DNA of 64,000 nucleotides, taken from positions 47,802,001-47,866,000 of the forward strand of contig CM097888.1 in assembly GCA_044892525.1 (NCBI GenBank), read 5' to 3'. The notes beneath the pieces were generated by a model. It saw only the letters and a program-made list of their open reading frames with translations, was not told the origin of the DNA and did no database searches. Both the position numbers and the translations under genes were made by a program. This DNA is from Schmidtea polychroa. Taxonomy: Eukaryota. Numbering within the stretch: the stretch's first letter is position 1; each line of letters opens with the position of its first letter. Below, in pieces: positions 51,001 through 59,639 of this stretch.

Positions 51001-54000
51001 ATCCTAGGACTATGGAGACCCCCCCCCTCACTATAGTGTGAAAAATCCATGCTTTTTTATTGGAGGACTACCTTTTTCTATTGAAAATATCCTGAGATCT
51101 TAAATAACTATGGCTTTTTTTAGTGATAATCGGATTTTTGTATTGAAAATCCCAGGACCAAGGAGACCCACCCAAATAATATTTATCCTTGGCTTTTTGT
51201 ATTGAAAATATCCTGAGACTTTAAATTGCCACTGTTTTTTAGTGTAGACCACCTATTTGTATTGAAAATATCCTGAGACCTTGAATTACAAAACTTTTTT
51301 AGTGTAAACCGTCTTTTTGTATTGAAAATCCCAGGACCAAGGAGACCCCTCACTATAGTCTGAATAATCCATGCTTTTTTATTGGAGGACTACCTTTTTC
51401 TATTGAAAATATCCTGAGATCTTAAATAACTATGGCTTTTTTTAGTGATAATCGGATTTTTGTATTGAAAATCCCAGGACCAAGGAGACCCACCCAAATA
51501 ATATTTATCCTTGGCTTGTTTATTGAAAAAAAAAATTTTTGTATTTAAAATCCCAGAAAAAAAATCATTGGAGCATGCGGCAACAATTATGTAATCAAAA
51601 AAATGTCTACGGCAAAAATTATGCAATCAAAAGTTTGCAACATTTTTCACCCCCCCCCCCCTATTGCTCCCGCGGGCTACTAACTACCTACTCTCTTTCT
51701 ACCTTCCATCTTTTCCAACAAAGACATATTACGTGTATTTTCAATTAAAGTAAACATTTTATTTTATTTATTTATGTTCTTTATACATAATATATTTATG
51801 AATTTATATTTTTGTCATAATTTAAATATTGGATTTTAATTGTTTTCATATTTTTAACATTTAATATTGTATTATTGCAAATATAATTACTATACATCGT
51901 GCTGAATTTGATATAAAACAATCTATAGTATATAAATATAATCCATAAATTATGTTTATACAGTAAAATCTTTTTTAAGCGGTCTTTTGAAATTATATAT
52001 TGCAGAAAATCATGTAAATAATTAAAATTTGTTTTTGGAATTCGTGTTAAATCAAAAATAACGTATAAAGAATTTTAAAATTTCTTCTTGACGAACCGTA
52101 TTATTTCAAAATTGTGTAAAAAAAGACCGTGTAAAAAAGATTTTACTGACTGTAGATACACCTGTTTGCGAAAGTTAACATTATCTATAATATACGTTGT
52201 TGTGCACACCAGTTGAGGTGAGTCACCATTTAAATCACCATTTAACTATGACAATGTTAACTTAATTTCATTTTTTCAATTTTTCAAAAATCGTTTTAAG
52301 GTAAGTTTTTGAATTGAAGTAATTTTTAGGACTTGAATTTTGATTTATATAATTATGAGATCATTATTCAAGTTCTTAAGTATTACTATTAGTCATCATT
52401 TATAATATAGGATACTGATAATTAAATTTCAGGTGTTTTTAGGAATTTTATGATATTTTATTTGGATTCATTTCGTAAAAATGTAAGTTAGATATTTTTA
52501 TAATTATAAATAAATAAAGTAATCACCAAACATTTATTTTTTTAAGACATTTAGGAAAGAATGGATAAAATAGTTTTTTAAGTTTTTGTAATCTTCTTTC
52601 GAATTTTGTCATTTTCTGTAATTCTATGAAAATATTAATTTGTTAAAATATTTTATTAAAATTTACGATTTGCTATTTTTTTCAGCAAATTCAAAGATGT
52701 CGAAGGACCTTCTTCAATATCTGTAAATCTAAAGAAATGTTATATTCTAAATTATTTTATAATTAAATCTTACGATGTATTTTCTTCTTTTTCTCTGAAG
52801 CTCAAGGTAGAGCAGTCGGATTCTGATTCAAAAGTTTTTTGTGCATAACTTTTTAATTAATTTGAAAATAATAATATGTTAATTATATGTTAATCAATGT
52901 TAATTTCGCAAAAAAAACACTTCATTAATTTTGTATATATTTTTCATTATGTGTGCTGTGTTTGTATGCTTAATTATTTTCTCTCACTTTTTAGATTCCT
53001 ATAATAAATATGTTAACTTTCGCAGCATTAAATTTTTACACACAGGTAAGTTTGTGTGTTCCTATAACATATATTTATTGATTTTTTTAGATTATAGGCT
53101 ATGTTAACTTTCTCACTTAGGTGTACATACAAATTCACCTGCATGTTAAAATTTCAATAGCAGTTACACCTGCTTATTTATTATAGGAATCCAGATAGAG
53201 TAAAGAAATTAATAAAACATACAATTACGATGAGTGCAATTTCTATAATATCAAACATGCAAACAAGCGATAAAATACACCACTTAAAAAATATACCCAT
53301 TTATAAAAAAAATATTTATTAAAATTATTGTTAAAAAGTCATTTACATTTTATTAAAAAATATTTTAAAAAAATCATGGGCGAGTGGGTTTATAAATTTT
53401 AAAATTTTGATATTTATTTAATTATTTAATAAATTTAAAAATTAATAATAACCTTATAATAATTTAATTATATTTGATTTATGATAGAAATATTTATTTA
53501 ATGTACGCTTTAATAATTTAATGAATAAAATTTCATTTTCGTTTGCAAACCTAATAAAATACTGTTTCGTTTATTTTTAAATTTACAATAAATATGGTTA
53601 TTTAATTTATATATTTATTTTTTATTGCACAAAATATTTGTTTTAAAGCACTTTTACATATAAATCTTATTATGAATTTTTATTGTTTGATTGAATAAAA
53701 TTATTAAATTTTCTTAAATTTGTAATTATTTCAAATTAATGGACATTGATATAAAATTTAAAAGCATTGTTGAAAATATGCAATAGATTAATAAATAATT
53801 TAATTAAAATTTAAATAATAAACAAAAGCTTAATTTAATTTGAAATATGAAAACAAGATAAATAAAATTTGTATAAATTTTTGTTTAAATATTTTAAAAC
53901 ACTTAAAAAATTAAATTTATTTGTTACAATAATATCCAATAACAATATTGTTGTTTGTCATACATGGATGATTCCGTATTTATAGCATTAATAATAATCG

Positions 54001-57000
54001 CCCATTGTTACATTACGATAACAAATGAAAAATGAAAATAATAATTTTTATTTTCTTACTAAATATGCACGAAACTTAAACATGCTAAAATCAAGATAAG
54101 AGTCAAGAAAATCAAAGAAAATGCTATTTGAGAAATAATAACTTCTCATTTCATCATTAAGTTTTTCTATTGAATTCCTTGCGGAAAATATTTGGACAAA
54201 ATTATATTTTATTTATTAATATTCATATAATGAAATATATTTATCAAGTTTACCATTGAGTTAGATGAATTTGTTTCCATTTTCTTGAAGAGTTCATCAC
54301 AAATGACTGGAACAATTCCTCTGAAAGAAATACATAAGATTATAACCAAGATATTTTAGACAGACTTAAAAATAATACTATTTATTATTATTATTATCAG
54401 CCCCCAGAAGAGGGGGGGGTCAGGAGGGTCTTTTGACATGGGCCTCTTAATTTAAGGGTCCCCAAACAACACTTTTTTCATACTAGTAGTAGAGGAGTTT
54501 AAGCGTACTCAAACGCATAAAAAATTATTTAAGATCAACCATTCTCCAGGATCATGTAAATGGTTTGGGGACGCTAAATATTAATTGTGATATTGCAAGA
54601 AATGTGGACTTCCGAATTAATAAGTTCGTTTGCAGCTCTAAAAGCTCGAAGAGCTCATTTTTAAATGTATTTATTAATTAATATATTTCGAATTAGATTT
54701 TTTAAAGTTTTGAAATAATAAATTTTTAATCAGTAAAAAGTATACATTTTTGTTATATTTTTCATTATATAAGGGCCACATAAGATGTCAGACCTGGGCC
54801 TCCAANNNNNNNNNNNNNNNNNNNNNNNNNNNNNNNNNNNNNNNNNNNNNNNNNNNNNNNNNNNNNNNNNNNNNNNNNNNNNNNNNNNNNNNNNNNNNNN
54901 NNNNNNNNNNNNNNNNNNNNNNNNNNNNNNNNNNNNNNNNNNNNNNNNNNNNNNNNNNNNNNNNNNNNNNNNNNNNNNNNNNNNNNNNNNNNNNNNNNNN
55001 NNNNNNNNNNNNNNNNNNNNNNNNNNNNNNNNNNNNNNNNNNNNNNNNNNNNNNNNNNNNNNNNNNNNNNNNNNNNNNNNNNNNNNNNNNNNNNNNNNNN
55101 NNNNNNNNNNNNNNNNNNNNNNNNNNNNNNNNNATTTCAAAATTTTGTAATATCAAAATCATACTTATTAGCTCCATATCCAACCATAGAGTATGATTTT
55201 CCTGACCCGGTTTGACCATATGCAAATAACGAGCAATTGTAACCAATAAAGGCATTTTCTAGCACGCTTTTACCTAGATCTTCAAAAACACTTTTCTGGC
55301 TAGCATATCGAGAATTTAGTCCATCGGGAATTAGAAATCCGTTTGTGTCTTCCACAAATTCATCATGAGACCTTTCAAAAATGACAAATATTATAATATG
55401 TTTTATAAATAAAATATGATAAAAATTTAAACAAATATTCTATTTTAACTTGGAATACAAGAATAATATTGTGTTTCATTAAGGTATGATAAAATATAGA
55501 AAATAAAACATTGCGAGACGAGAAACGCTCTTCAAAGTTTATACTATAAATAGATATGCACTGTCTAAATTTGATTAAGTTTCCCACACGGTTGATGCCT
55601 TGGGAATAAATAACTATTCTTCTTTAATACAATATAGCTTTTCTTCTATCAGTTATATGATTTATCATCTTTGAGACATGGCTTCTCTTTAATTTTTTCG
55701 ATACTCTATTGTTTTCAATCTATAATTTCTTGTTTTATTAAATTTCTCCATAGTTTCTGACTTCCATAAACCTCTAGAACTTGTCAATTTTGGTATAAAA
55801 GTTAATTATTGACTAAATCCCAAAAATCAACATGATTTGTTCAGTGATACCAATTCATTAGAGCTGTTAATTACTGATCCAAATTAACTGAACATCTCTT
55901 AACAATGGTATCTGAGCTCTAGAGAAATCTAATTATCCAATGTGATAAAGCGCATACGTCAGCCATATTCGAGATTATCCAATTTGTAAGTTAATTAGTT
56001 CCCACAAAAATCCAATCAAAAGTGATTTCTCATATTCATTCCCCATAAAGCATCATATTAAGAACCAGTTCCCAAGCAAATCAACCCTGCATAAACCAAT
56101 CCCAAACAAATCAACCCTTGCATAAACCAATTCCAAAGCAAATCAACCCTGCATAAACCGATCCCCAACCAAATCAACCCTGCATAAACCGATCCCCAAC
56201 CAAATCAACCCTTGCATAAACCAATCCCCAAACAAATCAACCCTGCATAAACCAATCCTCAACCAAATCAACCCTGCATAAACCAATCCCCAACCAAATC
56301 AACCCTGCATAGATCAATCCCCAAACAAATCAACCCTGCATAAACCAATCCCCAACCAAATCAACCCCACATAAATCAATCCCCAAACAAATCAACCCTG
56401 CATAAACCAATCCCCAAACAAATCAACCCTGCATAAACCAATCCCCAAACAAATCAACCCTGCATAAACCAATCCCCAAGCACATCAACCCTTGCATAAA
56501 CCAATCCCCAAACAAATCAACCCTGCATAAACCAATCCCCAAGCACATCAACCCTTGGATAAACCAATTCCCAAACGTATCAACCCTTGCACAAATTAAC
56601 CCTCAACCAATCATCTTGTGACCCATTCATTACACCGTTAAATAAAAGTTACCATTTACCTCTTATTATTTATCGACCTCAAACAATGAAGAAATCCAAA
56701 AAATGATTTTTCACTAAACAAATTGAATGAAAAATTCCGCAAAATGTGAAAAAAAAAGATTTTAATTAAAAGCTGAAAAGAGAGAAAAAAAAGGTTGAAT
56801 ATATAATTAAAATATTTATTAATAAATAATTTACCAATAAGAATAATCGAAAGTGAAAACTTTTTTATCAGTTGAATCTACAAAATTATAAGTTTAAAAT
56901 TCATTTTGAGCAATTAACTTGCTTTCGGGATTTGTTATTATCGTTGTATTTCCTTGCATATCTATTGTTAATTTCGCTGATCTATCCTTTTCTCTTTGAT

Positions 57001-57098
57001 TAAATGGTCGCACTCGAACGGCAACCTTTACTCTGGTGAAAAATAAATATTAGCATTATTTATTATATTATAATTATAAATTACGATTCGTCTGACAT
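11214..57098 (-). CDS. KIF28P: Kinesin-3 family motor protein, KIF28P-like (21 coding exons, 1016 aa)
   Basis: Minus-strand exons: 57098-57085, 57032-56923, 56877-56835, 55371-55165, 54320-54254, 36455-36269, 35978-35829, 33967-33870, 32388-32291, 30240-30090, 28447-28366, 25715-25612, 25424-25310, 22475-22152, 22106-21960, 20381-20225, 13415-13328, 13274-12981, 12581-12336, 12286-12116, 11411-11214. All phases are compatible and the sum is 3051 nt. Motifs: [22 protein letters not shown]-loop [58 protein letters not shown] plus FHA domain, KDPFWEP. The GYGANKGIVP and [18 protein letters not shown] segments match my recollection of KIF28-type kinesin-3; the subfamily call was not database-checked. 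Confidence 0.9.
12116..12286 (-). CDS. KIF28P: Kinesin exon 20 (C-terminal coiled coil, [14 protein letters not shown])
   Basis: cctag and gtatta boundaries; lies in ORF 11954..12280. Confidence 0.8.
12336..12581 (-). CDS. KIF28P: Kinesin exon 19
   Basis: Open frame [12 protein letters not shown]...[12 protein letters not shown]; the donor gttagt was chosen by phase. Confidence 0.8.
12981..13274 (-). CDS. KIF28P: Kinesin exon 18 (KDPFWEP)
   Basis: Lies in ORF 12927..13271; DPF motif of the kinesin-3 stalk. Confidence 0.9.
13328..13415 (-). CDS. KIF28P: Kinesin exon 17 ([16 protein letters not shown])
   Basis: Translated by hand; ctacag and gtaatt boundaries. Confidence 0.9.
13435..13509. 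repeat. (TAA)n microsatellite
   Basis: Perfect trinucleotide run; it explains the poly-Tyr ORF 13404..13622. Confidence 0.97.
14405..17574 (-). mobile_element. hAT-related DDE transposon (probably hATm-like), inserted in a (TA)n tract
   Basis: 14-bp TIRs TAGGGTGGGTCGAA / TTCGACCCACCCTA; ATATATAT on both flanks, compatible with an 8-bp TSD. The subgroup name is from recollection of similar proteins and was not checked. Confidence 0.85.
14830..17174 (-). pseudogene. Transposase pseudogene (~780 codons) with one nonsense codon and one frameshift
   Basis: GFDGK*DST (TAA at 16110-16112, frame continues to KEEHYVIV), [20 protein letters not shown] (CxxH), 1-bp deletion near 15495 (ILRLYMSE), [10 protein letters not shown]. 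Confidence 0.88.
18014..19818 (+). mobile_element. Mutator-like (MULE) transposon
   Basis: About 60-bp imperfect TIRs built from GGACAATTACCCCCC-type repeats (18022-18082 vs 19751-19811). CTCAGA direct repeat at 18008-18013 and 19819-19824. Exact ends are uncertain. Confidence 0.88.
18252..19643 (+). CDS. FLYWCH-domain MULE transposase, intact 463 aa
   Basis: FLYWCH-like finger (FEGYIY...FECEKRR...CKAK...DHSH), [25 protein letters not shown]; no stops or frameshifts. Confidence 0.93.
   Translation: MEFLKSNRGAEKVVFEGYIYVKQKNLANGVVSFECEKRRNKAECKAKIKVRGEDIVGRFNDHSHGPDPAQKEVLKSVQKMKRLAEETEETPQQIITQSVSTISESAKAKLTTLHHLRRNIRRQRQVVNNPLPVPLNVDAIVIPERYKVTTDGQNFLLFDSGTDSNNRMLIFGTDNNLKHLESTFHWFMDGTFKTAPKLFTQLYTVHALANGRCIPCVYALLQNKRQDTYKELFQQLSILNVNLKPRSIMVDFELAVINSLKTVFPDSQIKGCFFHLSQNIYRKIQENGLQQRYQEDSEFALKIRMIPALAFVPPEDVVGAFEALVELLPANVLPIADYFEDFYIGRQQRRGRRQSTYNIDMWNMHQRAEYELPKTNNAVEGWHRSFQSNVGSYHPTIWKFISFIQREQALQQLHCAQMLAGHSSQTSRKKYADANIRILSIVRSYRDRSIIDYLRGIAYNLSF
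20225..20381 (-). CDS. KIF28P: Kinesin exon 16 ([14 protein letters not shown])
   Basis: Kinesin-3 stalk motif; phases match. Confidence 0.9.
21960..22106 (-). CDS. KIF28P: Kinesin exon 15 ([11 protein letters not shown])
   Basis: Kinesin-3 DWEFAQ.E motif; follows a 45-nt intron. Confidence 0.9.
22152..22475 (-). CDS. KIF28P: Kinesin exon 14 (FHA domain)
   Basis: [13 protein letters not shown] and [13 protein letters not shown] motifs. Confidence 0.9.
22697..22738. repeat. (TA)n microsatellite
   Basis: Perfect dinucleotide run. Confidence 0.95.
23381..23621. mobile_element. piggyBac-type MITE (241 bp)
   Basis: TTAA flanks; TIR CCCTCTAATGCCCAA / TTGGGAATTAGAGGG; internal inverted CCGC..TGAGG.GG motifs. 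Confidence 0.85.
23691..23900. mobile_element. pogo/Tigger-type MITE (210 bp)
   Basis: TA flanks; ~25-bp TIR CCGTATATACTCGTGTAT(G/A)AGCCGA. Confidence 0.88.
23927..24153. mobile_element. pogo/Tigger-type MITE, second family (227 bp)
   Basis: TA flanks; 27-bp TIR CCGTATATTTCGGCGTATAAG(A/G)CGACC. Confidence 0.88.
24581..24788. mobile_element. piggyBac-type MITE (208 bp), degenerate
   Basis: TTAA|CCCATTA ... TAATGGG|TTAA; the inner TIR is only partly matched. Confidence 0.6.
25310..25424 (-). CDS. KIF28P: Kinesin exon 13 ([13 protein letters not shown])
   Basis: Kinesin-3 pre-FHA signature. Confidence 0.9.
25612..25715 (-). CDS. KIF28P: Kinesin exon 12 (coiled coil)
   Basis: ttctag and gtttgt boundaries; open frame [17 protein letters not shown]...WNER. 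Confidence 0.85.
28366..28447 (-). CDS. KIF28P: Kinesin exon 11 ([10 protein letters not shown], neck coil)
   Basis: Phases match on both sides; typical neck-coil start. Confidence 0.85.
29008..29858 (+). mobile_element. Tc1/mariner (maT/DD37D-like) internal-deletion derivative
   Basis: TA flanks; ~130-bp imperfect TIRs. Transposase remnant near 29305-29385 reads TDEAHF...VNKQ...NNPRE, with frameshifts. Confidence 0.8.
30090..30240 (-). CDS. KIF28P: Kinesin exon 10 ([29 protein letters not shown])
   Basis: End of motor domain and neck; ttccag and gtcggt boundaries. Confidence 0.95.
31800..32235. other. N-run (gap or masked sequence); others at 35333-35497, 41919-42074, 49212-49384, 54806-55133, 58748-59052, 60649-60800
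   Basis: Runs of N in the sequence. Confidence 0.99.
32291..32388 (-). CDS. KIF28P: Kinesin exon 9 (ALAD...[20 protein letters not shown])
   Basis: Translated by hand (absent from the ORF track); conserved PYRDS motif. Confidence 0.95.
33870..33967 (-). CDS. KIF28P: Kinesin exon 8 ([24 protein letters not shown])
   Basis: Switch II motif; tttcag and gttagt boundaries. Confidence 0.95.
35829..35978 (-). CDS. KIF28P: Kinesin exon 7 (switch I NATSSRAH; LVDLAG)
   Basis: Conserved motifs; tag and gtaatt boundaries. Confidence 0.95.
35988..36055. repeat. (AAT)n microsatellite
   Basis: Perfect run; it explains the poly-Ile ORFs. Confidence 0.97.
36269..36455 (-). CDS. KIF28P: Kinesin exon 6 ([14 protein letters not shown])
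   Basis: Conserved motor motif; attcag and gtaaat boundaries. Confidence 0.95.
39208..40400. repeat. Higher-order tandem array, 322-bp period, made of ~50-65-bp subunits
   Basis: GCCAAGGATAAATATT recurs at 39208, 39466, 39788 and 40110; subunits share GGAT(A/-)TTTTCAATACAAAAA. A shorter mirrored copy lies at ~50900-51520. Confidence 0.95.
42504..42578. repeat. 15-bp tandem repeat x5 (TAAGGGTACTGGTCG-like), mirrored near 48710-48785
   Basis: Read directly from the sequence. Confidence 0.9.
44290..44560. repeat. ~65-70-bp tandem repeat (ATATCTCCCTTA...CCCATCTTAACC), mirrored at ~46740-46995
   Basis: Three to four degenerate units; unit composition differs between the two arms. Confidence 0.8.
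46392..46481 (+). mobile_element. ~90-bp mini-element with the same terminus type as the large element
   Basis: AGTAGGTAGTTAGGAGCCCGCTGC ... GCAGCGGGCTACTA; the right end lacks the outer 10 nt at the palindrome junction. Confidence 0.65.
54254..54320 (-). CDS. KIF28P: Kinesin exon 5 ([13 protein letters not shown])
   Basis: tttcag acceptor, gtaaac donor; conserved GIVP motif. Confidence 0.9.
55165..55371 (-). CDS. KIF28P: Kinesin exon 4 (P-loop, [17 protein letters not shown])
   Basis: Lies in ORF 55137..55355; Walker A motif; ag/gtatga boundaries. Confidence 0.95.
56068..56610. repeat. ~32-bp minisatellite (CAAATCAACCCTGCATAAACCAATCCCCAAA), about 16 copies
   Basis: Tandem units read directly; lies in kinesin intron 3. 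Confidence 0.95.
56835..56877 (-). CDS. KIF28P: Kinesin exon 3 ([14 protein letters not shown])
   Basis: tttgtag acceptor, gtaaat donor; kinesin-3 FTFDYSYW motif. Confidence 0.9.
56923..57032 (-). CDS. KIF28P: Kinesin exon 2 ([14 protein letters not shown]...TNPE)
   Basis: caccag acceptor; kinesin N-terminal motif; ends at a GC donor. Confidence 0.9.
57085..57098 (-). CDS. KIF28P: Kinesin exon 1 (MSDES)
   Basis: ATG TCA GAC GAA TC|gtaatt; a 52-nt intron joins it in phase to A GTA AAG GTT (VKVAVR). Confidence 0.75.
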
Positions 57099-58362
57099 TT
57101 CAATGAAAATTTTCAAAGTTCTGCGATATCTTAAAATCTAATTAAGTAAAGTTTAAATATATATTAGTTTGTTTTATTTATTTTAAGTTACTTAAACAAT
57201 TTTCAAGGTTTACACTTTTCTTAATTTAATAATTATAAAACCATTTTTAAAAATAATATATTTTATAATTATTATCTCAAATTTGTTTTATATATAAATT
57301 TCTTTAATTATAAAATTTCTGTATCATGAAAAACTTTCAAATTATTTCAAATTTTTTTCAATTAAATTAAGAAAAACGTATTTTATATATTTTAAGTTTC
57401 ATTTAAAATTATAAAAAAAGTTGTCATTAACAACCGAAACCACCAAAGAAATATTTTATTTATATCAAAGTTTCTATTGAAATAGAACACGACTTCGTTA
57501 GAAGTCTGGAAAATAACTTTAAGAAATAAAAGTTAAATGTATTAAATGTACAAAATCTTCATGAAGGATGTTACGAAAGATGTATAAATTGTACAGTATA
57601 ATCGAGTTAAACCACAAGACATAAATGGAAAATAAGAATGCAAATGTCTGAGTACAAAAAATAGAGCAGTTGCTCGAAACATAATTTGCTAAACAAGTAA
57701 TTATTGAAATTTGACGAAGAAAATAAAAGTGAAAAATAATTAGCACTAACGGAATGGATAGGTCTAAAATGGCACAAAAATGTACATATATAAAATTCAT
57801 TAATTACGGAATTAATTAATTAATTAAAAATAAGTCCGTTATGAAAACAACGGGAAAATAAACAAGTTAATTTTTGAGGTCCTTATCATGACTGGATGAT
57901 TGGCAGTAGTTAGATTATTATTCAAAGAAAATTTGGATGAAAATTATTTATCATTTTATTTTTAGATAACAATTAAGAGAATTATTTGAATAATATTGTC
58001 AAAAAGTGATTAGTTTGTGAGTTTCAGTTAATTGCCATTAACCATATGAATAATTGAAGTATAAAATGTGAAAGAAATCAGAAGTTTGGTTTTAATGTGT
58101 AAGAGAAAGTATAAATGATAAAAGTTTCGAGTCAAAAAGCATTTTTCTTATTTATGACAAACATTGATTGATCACAAATTTCTTTGTTTTATACACAAAA
58201 ACATTTAAATATTTTTTTTGAAACCAAGATAATTTTTAATTTATAACTTTTTCACCGCAGATTTAAACTTTTTAAAATTTTAAAAATAAATTTCAAACTT
58301 CAAAAAAGAGAAAAATAAAATAAACTCTCAATAAAAAAAATATAATAAATTAAAGTTTAAAT

Positions 58363-58722
58363 TTATGTAGCTCTCAGCATTTCTCCGGCAGTCATGGGTC
58401 TAGGTTTTAATGAATTGTAGTATAACCGAAGAAAAGGATTTCTTTCTATTCTTGATGTTTCTGACTTGCAGTCTTCATATTTGTCAAGTAATAAGACCCG
58501 GTTATCTTCATAATAGTCTGAAGAATATTTAGATCTAAATTTACCGAACTGTCGGCTATAAAGTCGCATTCCATACATCAAGAATGCAGTTTTGGATTTC
58601 ATTTTCTCTAATGGCTGTACAATTAAGTTAGTTTTCGTTATTGCTTGGTTTGATTCTTTTGATTTGTTTTCTGCATTTTGCAACATTCTTATATCTCTCT
58701 CTTGCAACTGAATTACGTATTT
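58363..58722 (-). CDS. Probable terminal coding exon of an unidentified upstream gene
   Basis: ttcttcag acceptor followed by 119 open codons (KYVIQLQERDIRMLQN...MLRAT*). A candidate preceding micro-exon at 60259-60222 is phase-compatible. Confidence 0.55.
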   Translation of the reverse strand, partial: KYVIQLQERDIRMLQNAENKSKESNQAITKTNLIVQPLEKMKSKTAFLMYGMRLYSRQFGKFRSKYSSDYYEDNRVLLLDKYEDCKSETSRIERNPFLRLYYNSLKPRPMTAGEMLRAT

Positions 58723-59639
58723 CTGAAGAAAAATAAAACAAATAAATNNNNNNNNNNNNNNNNNNNNNNNNNNNNNNNNNNNNNNNNNNNNNNNNNNNNN
58801 NNNNNNNNNNNNNNNNNNNNNNNNNNNNNNNNNNNNNNNNNNNNNNNNNNNNNNNNNNNNNNNNNNNNNNNNNNNNNNNNNNNNNNNNNNNNNNNNNNNN
58901 NNNNNNNNNNNNNNNNNNNNNNNNNNNNNNNNNNNNNNNNNNNNNNNNNNNNNNNNNNNNNNNNNNNNNNNNNNNNNNNNNNNNNNNNNNNNNNNNNNNN
59001 NNNNNNNNNNNNNNNNNNNNNNNNNNNNNNNNNNNNNNNNNNNNNNNNNNNNAATAACTGAAATATAAAAATAGAGAAATATGAATCTCCAGATTTAATC
59101 AGTAATCCAAAATTAATATTTGTCAAAACCGGAAATTTCACAAAACGCATTATTCGGTTTTTCTGTTAAATTGTTTTAAGTGGTAATTAACAATTACAGT
59201 TCCTGCAACAGGAAAATTAGGGGCAATGTTAGGGAGAAAGTAATTAAAATAGAAAATTCACCCGTTTCATCAGCAATGGCTGTTAATAATAAATTCTGTC
59301 GAATAGAAACAAATATTTGATTTTATATTAATTAAAACAAATTGTCGAATATATGTACATTGTTTATTTTATGAGCAAATAATCTTTTTATTACTATAAC
59401 GCTTGTCAAGTTTTGTTTTGAATTTTCCTGAAGCACAAAGAATATGTTTATTTTATTCTTTGGTTTATTTATGTGTTTGTTTTAATCTATTTATATATTT
59501 ATAGAAACTCTAGATTATAGATGGATACCATTTGTGCATAGATTTTGTTTTATAAGCACTCAATTAGAGTATACATTATTGCGTATTTTATTTATAATCT
59601 AAAAAAGAGTTTCTACACACAATTCTGAAATTTAGTAAT

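Larger units (their letters stand above)
37273..51692. mobile_element. Non-autonomous element with Polinton/Maverick-type termini, internally rearranged
   Basis: Termini AGTAGGTAG(C/T)TAGTAGCCCGCGGG ... CCCGCGGGCTACTAACTACCTACT. 6-bp TSD CTCTTT at 37267-37272 and 51693-51698. At least ~400 bp of TIR with tandem arrays; no coding ORF. Confidence 0.75.
37669..53053. repeat. Large inverted duplication: arms 37669-44805 and 46480-53053, 1.7-kb spacer
   Basis: Arms are reverse complements with only scattered SNPs and differences in array copy number; mirrored ORFs (42698..42898 / 48388..48588; 38969..39184 / 51539..51748). Confidence 0.97.

Noticed and set aside
54399-54805. Possible hAT-type MITE before the N-run
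   Set aside because: The right end runs into Ns; TIR and TSD cannot be verified.
55600-55990. Possible decayed non-LTR retrotransposon C-terminal fragment on the minus strand
   Set aside because: Multiple stops and no diagnostic RT or endonuclease motif.
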